The position numbers and the translations under genes are program-made. DNA of 61,866 nt, filler included, from Squatina squatina (taxonomy: Eukaryota): assembly GCA_031763465.1 (NCBI GenBank). It is 4 parts of 4 records of this genome, joined end to end, with 100 filler letters (N's around TTAATTAATTAA, not from the genome) between each part and the next. Parts side by side here need not be neighbours in the genome. Positions count along the whole stretch, not along the records: positions 1 to 15,399 come from JARFOE010000046.1; 3 more parts are not named here. One strand, written 5' to 3'. Positions within the stretch are counted from its first letter, which is position 1. Each line of letters begins with the position of its first letter. This document shows, one piece after another, positions 1 through 14,689 of this stretch. The notes beneath the pieces are model-generated. The model searched no databases. It was given only the letters and a program-made list of their open reading frames with translations, and was not told the DNA's origin.

Positions 1-3000
1 TAAAATTGAGCCCTACATCTCTGGAACTAGCTCCACTACCCATCTAAGATTTGTACTAGTCAATCAGTCAATCATTCATCAAAATAAAACTACACGAATA
101 GGTTGCAATCTTTATTCAGAACTGGTAGAATTAAGAAAAATGTTCACATATTTTAAACAATTTTGAAATCTGTTGCCATGCAAACATCACAGCCTTCTGA
201 GCAAATGTACATTTGAGAGATTGACAGACTGGTCAGCTATTTTGGGAATAATTTGATGCTGACATGCATCCAATCAGACTAGGAGAAAATTGAACCTCTC
301 AGACTGTTCCAAAGTTATTTTTTTAATTAACGTTTTTTTTCCCAAATGTATATTAATTATAGTCAAGGGTGAATGATAAGCGAAAAATCATTTTCACTTA
401 AGAGTATTTTTCAAGAAGACAAGCTGACCTTGGCTTATTCTTTCAGATAGGCACTGATTCACAATGAGTGACAAATGCTTCCTGCCACAAACCTATGTTT
501 TTAACTTCCTTCTGCAATAGAAAATTGTACGCATTGTCCTTTTGTTCTAGGCACATTAATAAAATCCCAGCCCCTCCAGTAACATAATGGTTCACATAGC
601 TAATCCTTTTACTGTCAGTTTAGCTAACCTTATTCTGCTGAGCTTTTTGGTAATCTGACAGAAAACATCATTGCACTGGATTAGAAACAACTGGAAATAA
701 GACCTGCAGCTCCTAAGGATAAGAGTAGCAATGGAAGCCACACAAGCTTTTGAAGATATGCAGAGAGAACGCTGCATGTTTAATATAATCCACTGTCTGT
801 TCACAGCTTGGATTGATAAAATAAAAATTAAAAATTCCTTTCAAATGGTGCATGAACATTTACACAAATAAACAGAATTAATGAACAGTCCATTAGGAAA
901 TCATCAATTTCCAGCATGCTTGTGGGTTTAATTTTGTTAATTTGGAAGAAAAATGCTAAGACACTTGATAGGATGTAAGGCATCTACTTGTTGCTATTGC
1001 TACAGACAGTGTTGATTTTAGTTGGTTAAGGACTTGTGTTTATTACTTCATGCAGAAACTGGCAATCCATCATTTATGACTAAGAAGATATGCCATTGCT
1101 AATCAGTTTGAATTTGATGCCTGTTGTGCCTTATAGTGAATATGAAGACAGTCTTCTGGCAAAAATCACAAGGAGCCATGGTGTGATTTCTTCCCCCTCC
1201 CCATCAGATTTCTCACTTCTTAACCTGATGCTAAGTTGCTGTCCTATAGAGACATTAAGGTTATTATCTCTGCTTGTGCTGTATTAGTGCTGATGGCTGT
1301 TAGCAATCTGACATGCTACTGCGCAAAAAATGAATTTTATTCCATAATGTGGTAATTCACTCCCCTGATGAATATGTAAATCGTTGTTTAAATATTCTAT
1401 GTTTTCAGTTCTGCTCCCATTACTATGTAAAATACAGAGTTGAAATAGTCACACAGATAACAGAGACTTAAAGGTACCATTTCCACACACTTGACCTCCT
1501 CAAACAGGGACCAATTTAGTACAATGTAAAAATGTATGTAATGTAAGTATTACCATCTTATTCCCAATGGAGCAGAGATCTTTGTCTTGTGGAGCCAGAA
1601 ATGGCGACATAAACAGAGGAAATAGTGATGCTGTGCCCTCCAGATGGTGATCTGACCAGGACTTCAGCAGATTGTTGTAAACTGCTCAATNNNNNNNNNN
1701 NNNNNNNNNNNNNNNNNNNNNNNNNNNNNNNNNNNNNNNNNNNNNNNNNNNNNNNNNNNNNNNNNNNNNNNNNNNNNNNNNNNNNNNNNNAGGATGGTAA
1801 TATTCTCGGGCTGTCCCTTTCCCGTGGGGAGATATAGACCAGACCTTCAGACCCATTCAGTGTCTTTAGGATTTGGCTATCTCAACCCTGGGTTGAGAGT
1901 GAACGCCTGAGTAGTACAGCTTATCTGGGATAGTCCCAAAGGGGCTAGGATTGTAATTTCACCACACGTTAACCAGCACATGAAGAATAGCACATAGATG
2001 AAATTAAAGCTCCCAGTGGAAAGGAAACCATGGCAGCATTGACAAAACCTTCTTAATTAAATCCTTCACAGACACAACATATTAAATGCATAATGAGATT
2101 TTATTCAATAGAGAAGGTTAAGTCACAATAATTGGCCAGAATAAAGGGAAACCATGAAAGGAGTGGCCCATAATGTTGTTGATTGTAGGCACAGACACTC
2201 ATTGAATAAGGAGTTACTCATTAATGATTTACGTATTTTTATTGGTTTAGAATATATTCGGGAGGCCCTTCGTAAGGCTCAAATGTTAAAATATAGTCCA
2301 AGTAATTAAATTGCAAATGCAGTTTCTAAAGGCTACTAATTCTCCATTTTTCCATTGCGTGGTCTATACATGGCAGCCCCTCCCCCTCCCCAGAAACCAT
2401 TAGATACATGTACAAATATTCAATTGAAAGACATCCACTTGCCAATATGTTGATTGGAACGCCNNNNNNNNNNACTGATGCCATCATTTCAGCATATATT
2501 CAAAGGTGCAGCAGCCTTCCGTTCTCGGAGGGCCAGACTATTACTTCATTGAATAGACTGATAATGTAACAATGCATAGGTGCTGTCAGCTGATTACATT
2601 AAAACAACAGGTTGTTACATGCAACAAAGACATCTGCTCACTCATTAGATGGAGGGTTATGAATTCAGTTTACTTATTACTCCTGAAGGAAATCTTCACG
2701 GATTGCCATGGCTGAAATCCAAAGCAATTATTATTTNNNNNNNNNNNNNNNNNNNNNNNNNNNNNNNNNNNNNNNNNNNNNNNNNNNNNNNNNNNNNNNN
2801 NNNNNNNNNNNNNNNNNNNNNNNNNNNNNNNNNNNNCTGAGTTTGGAGTTAAAACAGAAAAGAGGAAACAACAGGAAATGAGGCTGACTGAGGGGAGATG
2901 GTGTGTGGCCACAAGTGTCAAAAGATATGTCAATTATGCAGTTCACTAATTAGCATTACACACACCAGCCCCAAAGTCAGGCTCAGTCAAGAAAAACAAT

Positions 3001-6000
3001 CAGTTAAGTCTTCACGTACAGGGTAAAATTATACCAACAGCAATAGCTGCATTATTTCTTAGACCAACAGTCTGACTAACAATGTAAACACATTGAATAA
3101 CGCTTGGGCTGTGGCATTTGGCTATTTGTAAAGTGACACTGTAAATCTTTGAAATGTCATGTATTCTGCGAGCCTAACATTTGCATCTAATTAAGCAATG
3201 ACCTTTCCAGACCACATGGGTACTTCCTTATAGGTTGTAAATAAAAAAAACGATGGAATTCTATTTACACTTCAAGTGCCTCATTGATTTAGCTAGTTGC
3301 ACCATGGGACTAAGCTTCTTTCATTGAAACAGCTGAATGGAACGCAGAACTAAATTCCCAGATGGTACTTTAGGGACGAGAAAGTTCCTTTTTAAGGTTC
3401 AAACTGATTTGGGAAACACTGAACCCTTCGACAAAAGGTGACCTTGAAACAGAATTCTGTCTTTCTTTAATTTGTACCTGAGAAAGGACTCTTCGGCCTT
3501 TTGAAAGCCGAATGTGAGTGTGTGCCGATAGATTGTCAGAGGAACCAACTGATGATCTGTGTTGTGTATTGACATAAAGGAGGGAGTGGTGGAACTTAAT
3601 AGAAAGCAGAGCTGCTGCACAGCAAGCACCATTCTGCTTTTAAAAAATCTCATTTATCACAAGAGGTGCTCAGCAATACAAACTCTGTGAACAGTTCACA
3701 TCCACCAGAGGTCAAAAACAGATTTTAATGCCATTTCAGTAAATACATGTAATGAAAACAAAAGAAAATATAAGGGTTCTTAAAGAAAATATGTTTTTTT
3801 TCCCCTTTTATTACTTCTCATTTTTGTAGATGTTCCTTAATTCATTTGAAGGAGGTAAATAGGCAATAGTAATGCTTCCAAGAATGAACTCTGTGAATTT
3901 GATCTCCTAACTAAAGGGAGTTGTAAGATAAGGGAAGTCTACCTCTTAAACAATGATCAACCAAAACGCGAGATGAATGTGTCGTNNNNNNNNNNNNNNN
4001 NNNNNNNNNNNNNNNNGGTGCTGTATGCTTGTTTGAATAAATATAATAACATTGGGAGTTACACAGTTCACACAGGATTATGCTCTTTGCCTACAGTCAA
4101 ATTTAATTTTGGAATACATTGAGTTTGGTAATTAGGTTATCAGATTGTATGACCTACCAACAAAGTACAACAAAACACAGATGATTTCTGTCAGGGAACC
4201 ATTAAACAGAGAAAATATTCAAAGAACATAACCTTGTGTTGAATAATTTACATATTTAATACCTTTTCTGTTGAATCCTACAGAAAAATAATACCTTCTA
4301 CTATCTTTCCAAAGTAAAAAAAAATGAATTTTGTAGGGGCATTTCTTCAGACAAGGTGCAACAACACCCAACAGTGCAGAATGATTCAGCTTGAAGTCAG
4401 GTTATTGTTATAGTTCCAGGTTTACTGCATGTTAATCAGTGATCTCAAGGCCACTTTAATAATATAAAATTATTTTACATTAATTTTTTAAGTATTATCG
4501 AAATAATCTTCAGTGGAATGTTTATTCTCAATTGTCAAGTCATCATACCTCCATGGCCTGGCTTGAGTGCTTTCTTTCGTGAGTTATAACAATACCCTTG
4601 GAAAAAAGTACTGTGAGCAGTAAGTACATTATCTATCAGAGCTCCTGGAGTAATTTCAGCTCAGTCATGCATGCTTCTGCTTTGATTAGATTGTTTTTAT
4701 TTTCATTATCTGCTTCTGGTTGGAAATGTTTGAAATTACATGCACATGCAGACCAACAATACAGATTAGGCTACTTATAACCGCCTATCCCAGTACAATT
4801 GGGAAAAAGGGAAAATATTATGGTTTAATATTAGTTTGCTTAATGCTTTGCTTTGACAATTTTTCTTTCATCAGTTACCTCCACCTTGCCTCCTTTCCTG
4901 AAAGCATGGACTCCTCAATGGGGAACAGTCCTCTGGGTGCCATTTGCCGTTTAGTACCTCAGTGGCCATCACTCATTGGTAACTGCTGACAGAAAGTACT
5001 GGATATGTGTGTGTGCGTGTGCACGTGTGTGTCACATGCTTTTGTTTTTTGTTTTTACTTTCGGTGCTGGGCAGTCGCTAGATAGCAATCAGCCGGAGAA
5101 ATACCTGCAAATTTACTCCTTTATAACACCGAGGCCAATAACCTTCCCTCTCATAACATCTCCGTTGAATTCAGCTGCCTCATCCTTGACCAGAGATTGA
5201 CGTTGGAAACCTGCTGGCTTGTGTGAATCAACTAATCACTGCAGAGCCATTGAGGAGTCATTGTACTGATGTTAAAAAGAAAATTACATGCTACATGTTC
5301 ACGACAGTTTTTGTCTCATTATTTTCTCTTAATTCAGAATGCTACAANNNNNNNNNNNNNNNNNNNNNNNNNNNNNNNNNNNNNNNNNNNNNNNNNNNNN
5401 NNNNNNNNNNNNNNNNNNNNNNNNNNNNNNNNNNNNNNNNNNNNNNNCAAGATTTGCAAGAGTTCATGAGGCATCCATCTGGTGGGTGCATCAGGCACCT
5501 ACCTGAAGTGAGCAGTTAAAATGGCAGTCAGCAAGGTTACAACAGGAAAGGGGTGGTAAGTCACATTGATTGATTTTAATACCTCCATCCTGTTCTCTCC
5601 TAGTGGAGTGGATTAAAATCAACCCCATTATTTCTGCTGAAATAGCACACAATACTTATATTTATGAGATCCTGCAGTGCGCCAGTCCTGGGGAAACTAT
5701 AGCTAGAAATGTTCTTGGGTCACATCATCTCGTGCCATTGCATTAGGACAATGGCAGAATAATCCTCTTTGTGGTATTATTACCACATTGTTATTGTACA
5801 CAGTATTATCTCATCAATGCTGTAATGCAACACTTGCAGATGTCCCCATTTTCCATATATTAACAAACCCAGCTAAAACGCATGTGCACTGCTGCAGAAC
5901 CTATTAAGGCAATTATTATTAGGGGTCGATCTGACCAAATTAAGTCATATGGGTATTTTCCACATTTTTTGGAGGGCTGCCAAACACATATAGCACATTT

Positions 6001-8395
6001 GAAATAGGCTCAAAGAGTGATCAATGTGTTGTGATGTGGGTTTTTTGACCTCCTATCCTGTCCCGTTGCAAATGTCAAAGAATGATTCCAATGAGGACAA
6101 GTTATGTTGCTTACAGGGAGAAAAAAATTACGATGTATTCAATTGCACTGTGCCTGAGCTCGGAGCGTTGATGTTGATAATGGATGCCTAAAATAGGAAA
6201 GTGTTTCATTTCTCACTAGTAACATTCTTCGTCCTGACAAGAACAAAATCCATCAAAAATGTAAAACATTATTTTAAATGTTGATCTATGTTGCATATGG
6301 TTAATATCTACATAAGTCCATCCGTCTATTGTGATCTGCCTTAGGGATGATCCTAAATCAAGTCTCACTTGAGATTCTTGAGCCACTTACGAGGGAAGGG
6401 TAGTGAGGTTGTTTCCCATTGCCTTGCTCATGGTTTTTGTCTTTGGATTACCATCTTATATGTGGGACGCATCCAAGGCTAAAGAGCCCCAGCCACTCTT
6501 TACAATCTTGGTTTCTGCACTACATTGAGCATTTACAACTGGAAATAATGTTTGTTACGTATTAAAGGTCTAAAATAAACAAAATGTCCAAGAAAATTTA
6601 GACTTGCCTGTATAATTCCACTTTCTGTGTTTAATGAATCATTTCTCCAATATTTATAGTTTTCCCTTCTAAAATTTAGCTCATTTTACTAGTTTACCAG
6701 TGGCGTGCAATACGTCAAACTTACTAACATGACAAAATGGTTCATTTCTGTTTTTTAATATATAACAGACCATTACTCTACCTCCTGTAAAATATCAAAC
6801 CATGGAAAAGATTCTTCATTTCATTGCTTAATTCCTAATGATTTATTATGTGTTTTTCAATTAAATTCCATTGTATAATTTTGTCTCTGGTTGATAGTCA
6901 CATGTAGGTGTTTTATTGAAGGTTGACTTTGCCCTGTGAGCAGTCTTTGCAAGTGTGTGAGATGCTATGCTACTTATGATTCTTGTTTTGTTCTTTCCAC
7001 CTTTTGGGGTCTTCCTGTATCGCGCAACATTCCCCAACTGAGGAGGTGACCTGCCCCCCCAATCCTTTGTCAATGGTGCCCTTGAGCTGGGCACTAAAAC
7101 ATGTGAACAAGTGGCGAATTTTGTCAATATTTTCCCCACCTCTCTGCAGGAAGCATTAATTTTCTGCATTTCACCACCCCATAATGGCTTGGGTTATATC
7201 AGGCAATCAGATGTAAAGCCATGTCCTACCATTCTGTGGTGCAAATATCATCACCATACCTCTTTGCTTTACTAGTGATTGATTGACTTCAAAATTCTTA
7301 CAGATTTATTCAGTATTGCACCATGAATTTCAGTACTGTCAAAGTCTCTCATTTTTAGTTCGAGTTGCTCCATTTTTAAAAGAAAGTCTCCGATTTTGAT
7401 GCATTTCACTAAAAAAATGAATGAAACTCTATGCTTTTAAATGGGTTTGCTAACTATTTCAGTCACCTCGAGCACAGATCTCGCTCCTACTGTGGCCTTT
7501 TCTTAGCAGCTTTAACATTTCTACCATGAAAGTGCAGCTGAGTTCAATTCTTGCATTACCCTGTGAATGATGGATCAGAAGAGTAATCGCCATCCTCCCA
7601 CACATCAGCTGCACCAAGTGACACTTTCCGTGTCTATATTCACAATCCTAGGTCTCTCAGAGCTACTAAATTTGAAGTAGTGCGCTGAACTCATGTCCAT
7701 TTATAAGGTAAATTAATAATGACACAACTGCATTACATATCCCTTCCTCATTGCCAGCATTTGTCAGGGAAAGGTTTTCATTTAATTTCAAGGCACTTAA
7801 TACATTGAAGCTAGGATAGCCAGCGTTTGAGACTTTCTCTAGAAAGAACAATGTCAGTTTACATATAAGTATGAATAAACTGATGGATGATTTGTCATTC
7901 TAAAGTGATTTAGGTTGTGTGCAGCTGAGAAATGCTGCTNNNNNNNNNNNNNNNNNNNNNNNNNNNNNNNNNNNNNNNNNNNNNNNNNNNNNNNNNNNNN
8001 NNNNNNNNNNNNNNNNNNNNNNNNNNNNNNNNNNNNNNNNNNNNNNNNNNNNNNNNNNNNNNNNNNNNNNNNNNNNNNNNNNNNNNNNNNNNNNNNNNNN
8101 NNNNNNNNNNNNNNNNNNNNNNNNNNNNNNNNNNNNNNNNNNNNNNNNNNNNNNNNNNNNNNNNNNNNNNNNNNNNNNNNNNNNNNNNNNNNNNNNNNNN
8201 NNNNNNNNNNNNNNNNNNNNNNNNNNNNNNNNNNNNNNNNNNNNNNNNNNNNNNNNNNNNNNNNNNNNNNNNNNNNNNNNNNNNNNNNNNNNNNNNNNNN
8301 NNNNNNNNNNNNNNNNNNNNNNNNNNNNNNNNNNNNNNNNNNNNNNNNNNNNNNNNNNNNNNNNNNNNNNNNNNNNNNNNNNNNNNNNNNNNNNN

Positions 8396-8570
8396 CATAC
8401 GTCATCCCTGCCATCCCAGGAATCAGTCTGGTGAACCTTCGTTGCACTCCCTCCATGGCAAGAACATCTTTCCTTAGATGAGGCGACCAAAACTGCATAC
8501 AATACTCCAGATGTGGTCTCACCAAGGCCCTGTACAACTGCAGCAAGACATCCTTGCTCCTGTACTTGAA
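8396..8570 (-). mobile_element. CR1-clade LINE ORF2 C-terminal fragment
   Basis: Translation LQLYRALVRPHLEYCMQFWSPHLRKDVLAMEGVQRRFTRLIPGM is the characteristic CR1 post-RT motif; truncated by a gap. Confidence 0.9.
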
Positions 8571-10002
8571 TGAGTGCCAGGTGTGAGGTATTCCGATCCT
8601 AATCCCGAAAAATAACTTTCAGCATTANNNNNNNNNNAGGTTTTCATTAATACAGAAGAACATATAATCGGACCATTGGTTCAGAGCTGAAAAGTTACAA
8701 ATAATAGAATATGAAATAAGCACACTATTGTTCGGCATGCCTTACTGCACCACATATACCATATTTAACAAGGATTTCCTAGAAGTAGCTGGATGTAAAC
8801 TTGCTGCTTAAAACATATTCAAAGTATTAATTTTACACAATTCTTAACTACAGTCGTAGCAGAGCATAGTACAGTCAACATCTAAATTTCTAACAGTAAT
8901 GAAGTGCCAACCTGCATTATCAGATGTTACAGGCTGAATGTCTCTCTGACTGATACATTCTATATCCTCCATCATTTCCTAACAGTGGTAAAACAACCCT
9001 GGGTAATATGAATGCTAGAAAAATATAATGTTATAAATATATTCTCCAGACATTTTCTAATTTGTAAGCTTCAGCAATGTTTGCTGAAGGGTAAAATGGC
9101 TATCTCTCTCTATCTATCTCATTATTGTTTGTCTAAAGGCTGCAGTTACATCTCTAAATTGACAGCTAAATTTCTGAAATCTGCTTACATCCACCATTCC
9201 TGTAATTTCTTGTCTTCGTCTTTCCTTTGTTTTCTCTTATCGGTGTCATTTAATATCCTGTTTGTGCTGCCCTAGATGAAACCCTATCTATTTCCCCTTA
9301 AAATGCCATTCTTATTCAAGGGAGAGATTCATTTAAAGATGATCATTATGTGGAAGAAAACAAGATACAACCATTTGTTCCCTTCCATGGAGATTTTATT
9401 TTGCTTAGCCTCTGGAAACTAGTAATTGTCCTGTTATGAAGGCCATCAAAATGGAAAAGCATTTTCACCAATAATGAGTATAGCAGTCCCGCAGACTTCA
9501 GGTAATGTGTTGCCTTTATTTTAAAGAATACTTTAAATATTCAGCAGTAGATCCAGTCAGCACATTACACTGAATAAGTGTCCTGGGATATTTTAATTGA
9601 ACTCATTATTTCCAAAAGATATAACCCAGCATGACTAGCTTGAGGAAATGGCTCTGAAATATACAACATTTATATCTAACATTTTAAAAAACTTATGCCT
9701 GTGCGCACTTCCTGTCTATAATGTCTTGATGCCTGTTACAAATGTTCCCCGTAGAAAATTCTATGCCCATGTTTATAATGGAAAATTCCCATGTAACTTG
9801 TCACACTGTAATTATACCTTTCTGCCTGTGGTGGCACTGTAACACCTTAATTTTGCATCTCCCAGCTCCTCAGCCTGTACTACAAAGCTCTTTGCTCAAA
9901 GAAATTCTACTGATTGATTCCCAAATTGCTGTAAGATTTGTTTTATCAATTATAAATAATAATGTTATTAAATCAAATATTATAAAAAAGACAAGGAACA
10001 GA

Positions 10003-10599
10003 GGGGGTGAATTTCGGCAGTTTTAAAAACCTGTTTAATGCCTGTTTTGAGGCGCAATGTCATCATTAGGCATTAAAACGCTGTTTAGCGCCTCACACGA
10101 AATTCGCCTCCAAAATTCCTTTGGCGCTAAAGCGCCTCCATGGCCAGGCGAGATTGTTTTTTTGGAGGCATTAGCTGCCGGTGATGTCATCAGTGCGCGC
10201 AGTGCCTCTTTGGCACCTCATTGTAAAATTCCCCAGTCTTAGCGCCTTTAGTGTGCTGACAAAAACAACGCCTTGAAAAGTTGGTGCTACACACCATTCA
10301 CGGCCTGGTCTGCCATCTTGTTTGAAGGGTTCAATAGCCGAATAAGTGCCAGCATTACCAGTGGGGGCAGAGGTATTTGTCATGTCCTCCTGGTGTTTCA
10401 GGGTTATTGGAAGCTCACTTACTGAGTATAAGTAGTCATAATAGTGAACCCCTTCAAGTGCGATGCACTTTTCAAACCATTTGGCCCATCAGTATGGGAG
10501 CCGTTTTGGCAGTCGATCTTCTGCTGCACCTGAGGGAGTACCTCCTCAGGAGGAGAAGGTGGAGACAGGATCAAAAGAACAGATTGTGTCAGCCAGATG
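10003..10599 (+). mobile_element. Probable PIF/Harbinger-type element left end (decayed)
   Basis: Starts GGGGGTGAATTT, is GC/CpG-richer than its flanks, and ends in MGAVLAVDLLLHLREYLLRRRRWRQ, which resembles a Harbinger transposase N-terminus; cut by a gap. Family call is inference. Confidence 0.4.
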
Positions 10600-12698
10600 N
10601 NNNNNNNNNNNNNNNNNNNNNNNNNNNNNNNNNNNNNNNNNNNNNNNNNNNNNNNNNNNNNNNNNNNNNNNNNNNNNNNNNNNNNNNNNNNNNNNNNNNT
10701 TATGGAAATATCCTCCAGGAGTCACTGTTACCCAGTACAAAGCATATGATTAATTGTTGTTAAGCACCTTCCTGCCTCCTGATTAATTAGACAGGAGTGC
10801 AGCCAATATTGCAAAAGGACAGCTTTCAGAAGTGTGTTCTTGTTTTGAAGGGAGAAAAGCTGATATATTCTAATGATCTAATTTGTTGCTTTTCAAATAG
10901 GATTTTGTCTTGGGTCAGTCCCCCAGTAAAATGGGTTCATAACAGTTGAAACCTGATAAGCATTACAAGTGACAAGGTTCTAAGGCCTGGTTTATGAGAT
11001 TAGCAGAAGGTTGTGTAAATATGAAACAAACCATATGACACAAATCATTGTTCAATGACCGCGGTTAAGCAAATAAAAAATGGCTTTTCTGTTTAAGTGG
11101 TAGCAGTTGAACCCTTCTGTTTAAATGGCAGAAACTAACACTAGTTTGCTCAAAGAAGCTGATGGTGTTTTCAGATTTTTCTTAACATTTTTGAAATGTA
11201 TTTATTTAAGTGATAGAAGTCAGCACTGGTGAATAGAAAACTTTTCTACCTTTCTCACTCAAAATCAGCAATGAGCACTCCCAGATCAACTAGAGTGCAG
11301 ACAGACGCAGTGTCAGGGTGCACTTACACTTCAAATGTCGTAATACTGCAAAGACCAACACTTCAGTCACAGTGTAACTGCAGCCTGAATCCAACGTGGG
11401 TGTAAAACTCCTTGGCAGAGAGAAAGGAAAACCTGGTGGAAATAACTTCAAGGGCAAAGCCCAACAATAAAAATCAAAAATAAATACTACCTGCATTGTA
11501 AAAATAAGGGGATAATTTTAACCTTTACTCTCTGCAGCTTGCCCGCTTCATAGAAATGAGGCCCGAGACCCGGTATTGGGCGGGAATTGGATTGTGTGCC
11601 CCCACGCACCAAAAAAATGGCACATCCGAATTTCTAGGCCAATGGACGCACATTTGCTCTGTTAGTGTGTGCACAAATGGTTGTACACTTTCAGTAGTTA
11701 ATTCACAGATGCTGAAAAACCCTCTGTATGAACATTATTGACACTGGTTGCAAATGACATTCTTGTTTGGGATGCTGATTACTGAATTAGCATTTAAGCT
11801 ATCCCTCCTCCTTCAAAGTGCAAAACTTGTCTAATTCTTGATTCGTGTGAATATTGCACAACTAAAAATTTTCTTAAAGTGGTGTTCTTTTGTATCGCAC
11901 AGCAAGCTAAGGTTGAACTTCTGGCTTAAATTAAGTGGCATTGAAGAGAATTCAGTTTGAATGTTTTAAAAAAATGTTAGGACAGGCTCCAATTGAAGAA
12001 AAACATTCCTAGTTATGCGACGTAAAATCAAATGGATTAGATGTGAATGTGAGTTGACATTTTCCAAATAAGTGATGTTATATGTGGGTGAGTGAGGTGT
12101 TTTGCTTTCTAATTCATTTTTCCTTGGGTTTAATGGATATATAGTTTAACTTAAGTAAACTACCATATACAAATGTCTGGCATACGGTAAATGTAAATAT
12201 GTCCAAACATAACTTGATTCTTATCCATTATATTATTACACGTTACTCAATATTATTTTTAAATTAGTTAAATTTTACCAAGGGAGCAAAAAGGTCATTG
12301 TTTCTTAAGAACATAGGACACTCATAGAAGAAATATATGCAAATCTTCTGTTTTACAAATCGTCTGCACTATTTATTCTGCTTCCTATTATTCATCGTTT
12401 GCACTCTTTGGGGTTTTTTTTCTACTGCTTTTAAGATAAGCAGCAGAACATTTTACCAAATGACAGCACATCAGGCTTGAGCATGCACATAAAATATACG
12501 CAGTAATCAATTAAAGTAGCCTTTTGCAGAAAGACTGACAACAATCATATCAAAGTAGCCATTACTGACAGAAAACTAATGTTCATATCTGTGTGCTTGT
12601 ATTAGTGACATTCAGACAATATTAATCAATCAGCTGCCGTGTTTTGGTAGATTACTTTGTAAGTTAGCTACATATCTTCAGCTCTGTAAAACCTGGCT

Positions 12699-12765
12699 TC
12701 AGTCTCTCACGGACCGGGTTCGAAAGTATTGCTGCACCAAGTGCGAGTGTGTCGGTACTTCAAAT
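12699..12765 (-). CDS. Candidate short terminal coding exon of an unidentified gene
   Basis: Minus-strand acceptor ACTTTATTTCTAG, then (x)FEVPTHSHLVQQYFRTRSVRD-stop; local CpG cluster; AATAAA at 12372-12377 downstream. Protein not recognised. Confidence 0.3.
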
Positions 12766-14064
12766 CTAGAAATAAAGTACATTCACCATTTTACAGGAAT
12801 ATATTGTCCCCACCCCCCACATTGGGCCACACAGATTGTATGAAGATCTCAATGAGGAGCACTGTGTGCAAAGAGTCTGTTTTACCAAAGAAGCAATAGG
12901 TATGAAAGTGTGAACCACACTTAATTTTTGTGCTCAATTCAAGCAACCACAGGGGGTCTGTGTATTATCGACCAAGGTGCCATTGGGCATACATTCCTCA
13001 TGTAAATGACACTGTTAGGAGAGCTGGGGAATTCATCCAGCTTGGCAGCAGCAAGGCAGCAGTGTGATTGAGCCATTCAGATTCATCACGGCGCTGCCTG
13101 CTCCATAGNNNNNNNNNNNNNNNNNNNNNNNNNNNNNNNNNNNNNNNNNNNNNNNNNNNNNNNNNNNNNNNNNNNNNNNNNNNNNNNNNNNNNNNNNNNN
13201 NNNNNNNNCGACCATGTAATTCAGAAAGTATTATTTTCCAGGTGCAGTGGAACTGTGTCCTGTTAAGGCTGCAATGAAGTAAACCGAGTTATAGGCTGTT
13301 CAGAGTTTAATTATCTGGTCAAAGGAATTTGCAAACTGGGAAGTTGCTGCTCCAATGGAGAAGCACACAGCATTTTAACATGGCTTTTTATCTAACACAT
13401 TATAACCTTCACACGGTGTGTGCACTGGCAACCCGATTTTNNNNNNNNNNTAGGTCTACCATGGCATGAGTTGGAGGTTACTTGACTTTCTAATGTAACG
13501 GTGTTATGCTATTTCTTGCACTGTCAAGATTACTGATTTATGGTGACCAGATAAGTGTTATTGCATGACATTCTGGGATTCCACTAGTCTGTCCTCTTTT
13601 CTGTAAAATTGTAAATCAGTGACCTTGACAATTGTCCTATATTTCTTATGTATTCAAATTTATCTCTTGCCAATGTCGGTGTAACTTTGTTGCCTTATCC
13701 TTGTTTAGCACAAAATTGTACAGCAAAATCACTCATTGTCACACACCTACATCTGTACTGTGATTTAAAAAATGTATTTTAAAGTTTAGGTGTGTAGTGA
13801 TTTAAATAAACATCTTTGCATTAAATGAATACCCTAATCTTTCAAACATTCTTGGATATGAAAATTATGCCAGATGAGCCAGAGAATTAACAATATAACA
13901 CCTGTGTTGGAGAAAGAAGAAAGGCATAAACTGTGCGACAGTAGACAAGCCAACTTAAAAGTAGTAGTGGGTAAGCTATCAAAGGCCATAATATAGATTA
14001 AAATCAATACTCAACTAAAAAGACATGAAGTAATTAAGGTCTGCAAGCAGGAATTTTTAAAACA

Positions 14065-14425
14065 CAAGTTCTATCTGACAACTTAATAGAGTTCTTTGAG
14101 GAAATAATGGAGTGCATTGATAAATGGAATGTTGCGGATGTTGTGTTGATGGATTTTCAAAAGTGTTTGATAATATGCTGCATAGGAGCATAAAATTGAA
14201 GCACACAGTATTAAAGGGAATGTTACAGCATGGCAAAGAAGTTGGTTAAAGGGCCGAAAACATCAAGTAATGGTTAATGAATGCTTTTTGGACTGGGCGA
14301 ATGTAAGCAGTGGTGTCCTCAAGGCTCAGTGTTGGGACCACTGCTCTTCTGAATATATATAAATGATATGGACTTTGGTATAGTGGGTACAATATCAACA
14401 TTTGTAGATAACACAAAAATAAGCA
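14065..14425 (+). mobile_element. CR1-clade LINE reverse transcriptase fragment (frameshifted)
   Basis: NLIEFFEEI..VADVVLMDFQK, then SGVxQGSVLGPLLFxIYINDMD and STFVDNT-like RT motifs with indels. Confidence 0.85.
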
Positions 14426-14689
14426 GCATTGGAACCCGAGCAGGGAGCCAGAGGAAGGGGAAAAAAGGATAGAAATGAAAGACAGGAAACAAAAAGGCAA
14501 AAGTGGAAGGTGTAGAAATCAAGGGCGAGAAACAAACAGGGCCATAGTGCAAAATAATGCTAAGATGACTAAGAATGTTAAAAAGACANNNNNNNNNNNN
14601 NNNNNNNNNNNNNNNNNNNNNNNNNNNNNNNNNNNNNNNNNNNNNNNNNNNNNNNNNNNNNNNNNNNNNNNNNNNNNNNNNNNNNNNNC

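Noticed and set aside
1636-1651. CTCF-like motif CCTCCAGATGGTGA (another near 5475-5490)
   Set aside because: Imperfect matches; unsupported without PWM scoring or ChIP data.
1880-1898. Perfect palindrome TCTCAACCC-T-GGGTTGAGA
   Set aside because: One 9-bp-arm palindrome in about 55 kb is not clearly above chance, and there is no supporting context.
7854-8546. Long ORFs dominated by X (here and at most gaps)
   Set aside because: Artefacts of translating through N runs; the only real part is a CR1 fragment.
3439-13628. Perfect ERR response elements TGACCTTGA at 3439-3447 and 13620-13628, suggesting ESRRG autoregulation
   Set aside because: 9-mers near chance frequency, and in a block separated from ESRRG by two artificial linkers.
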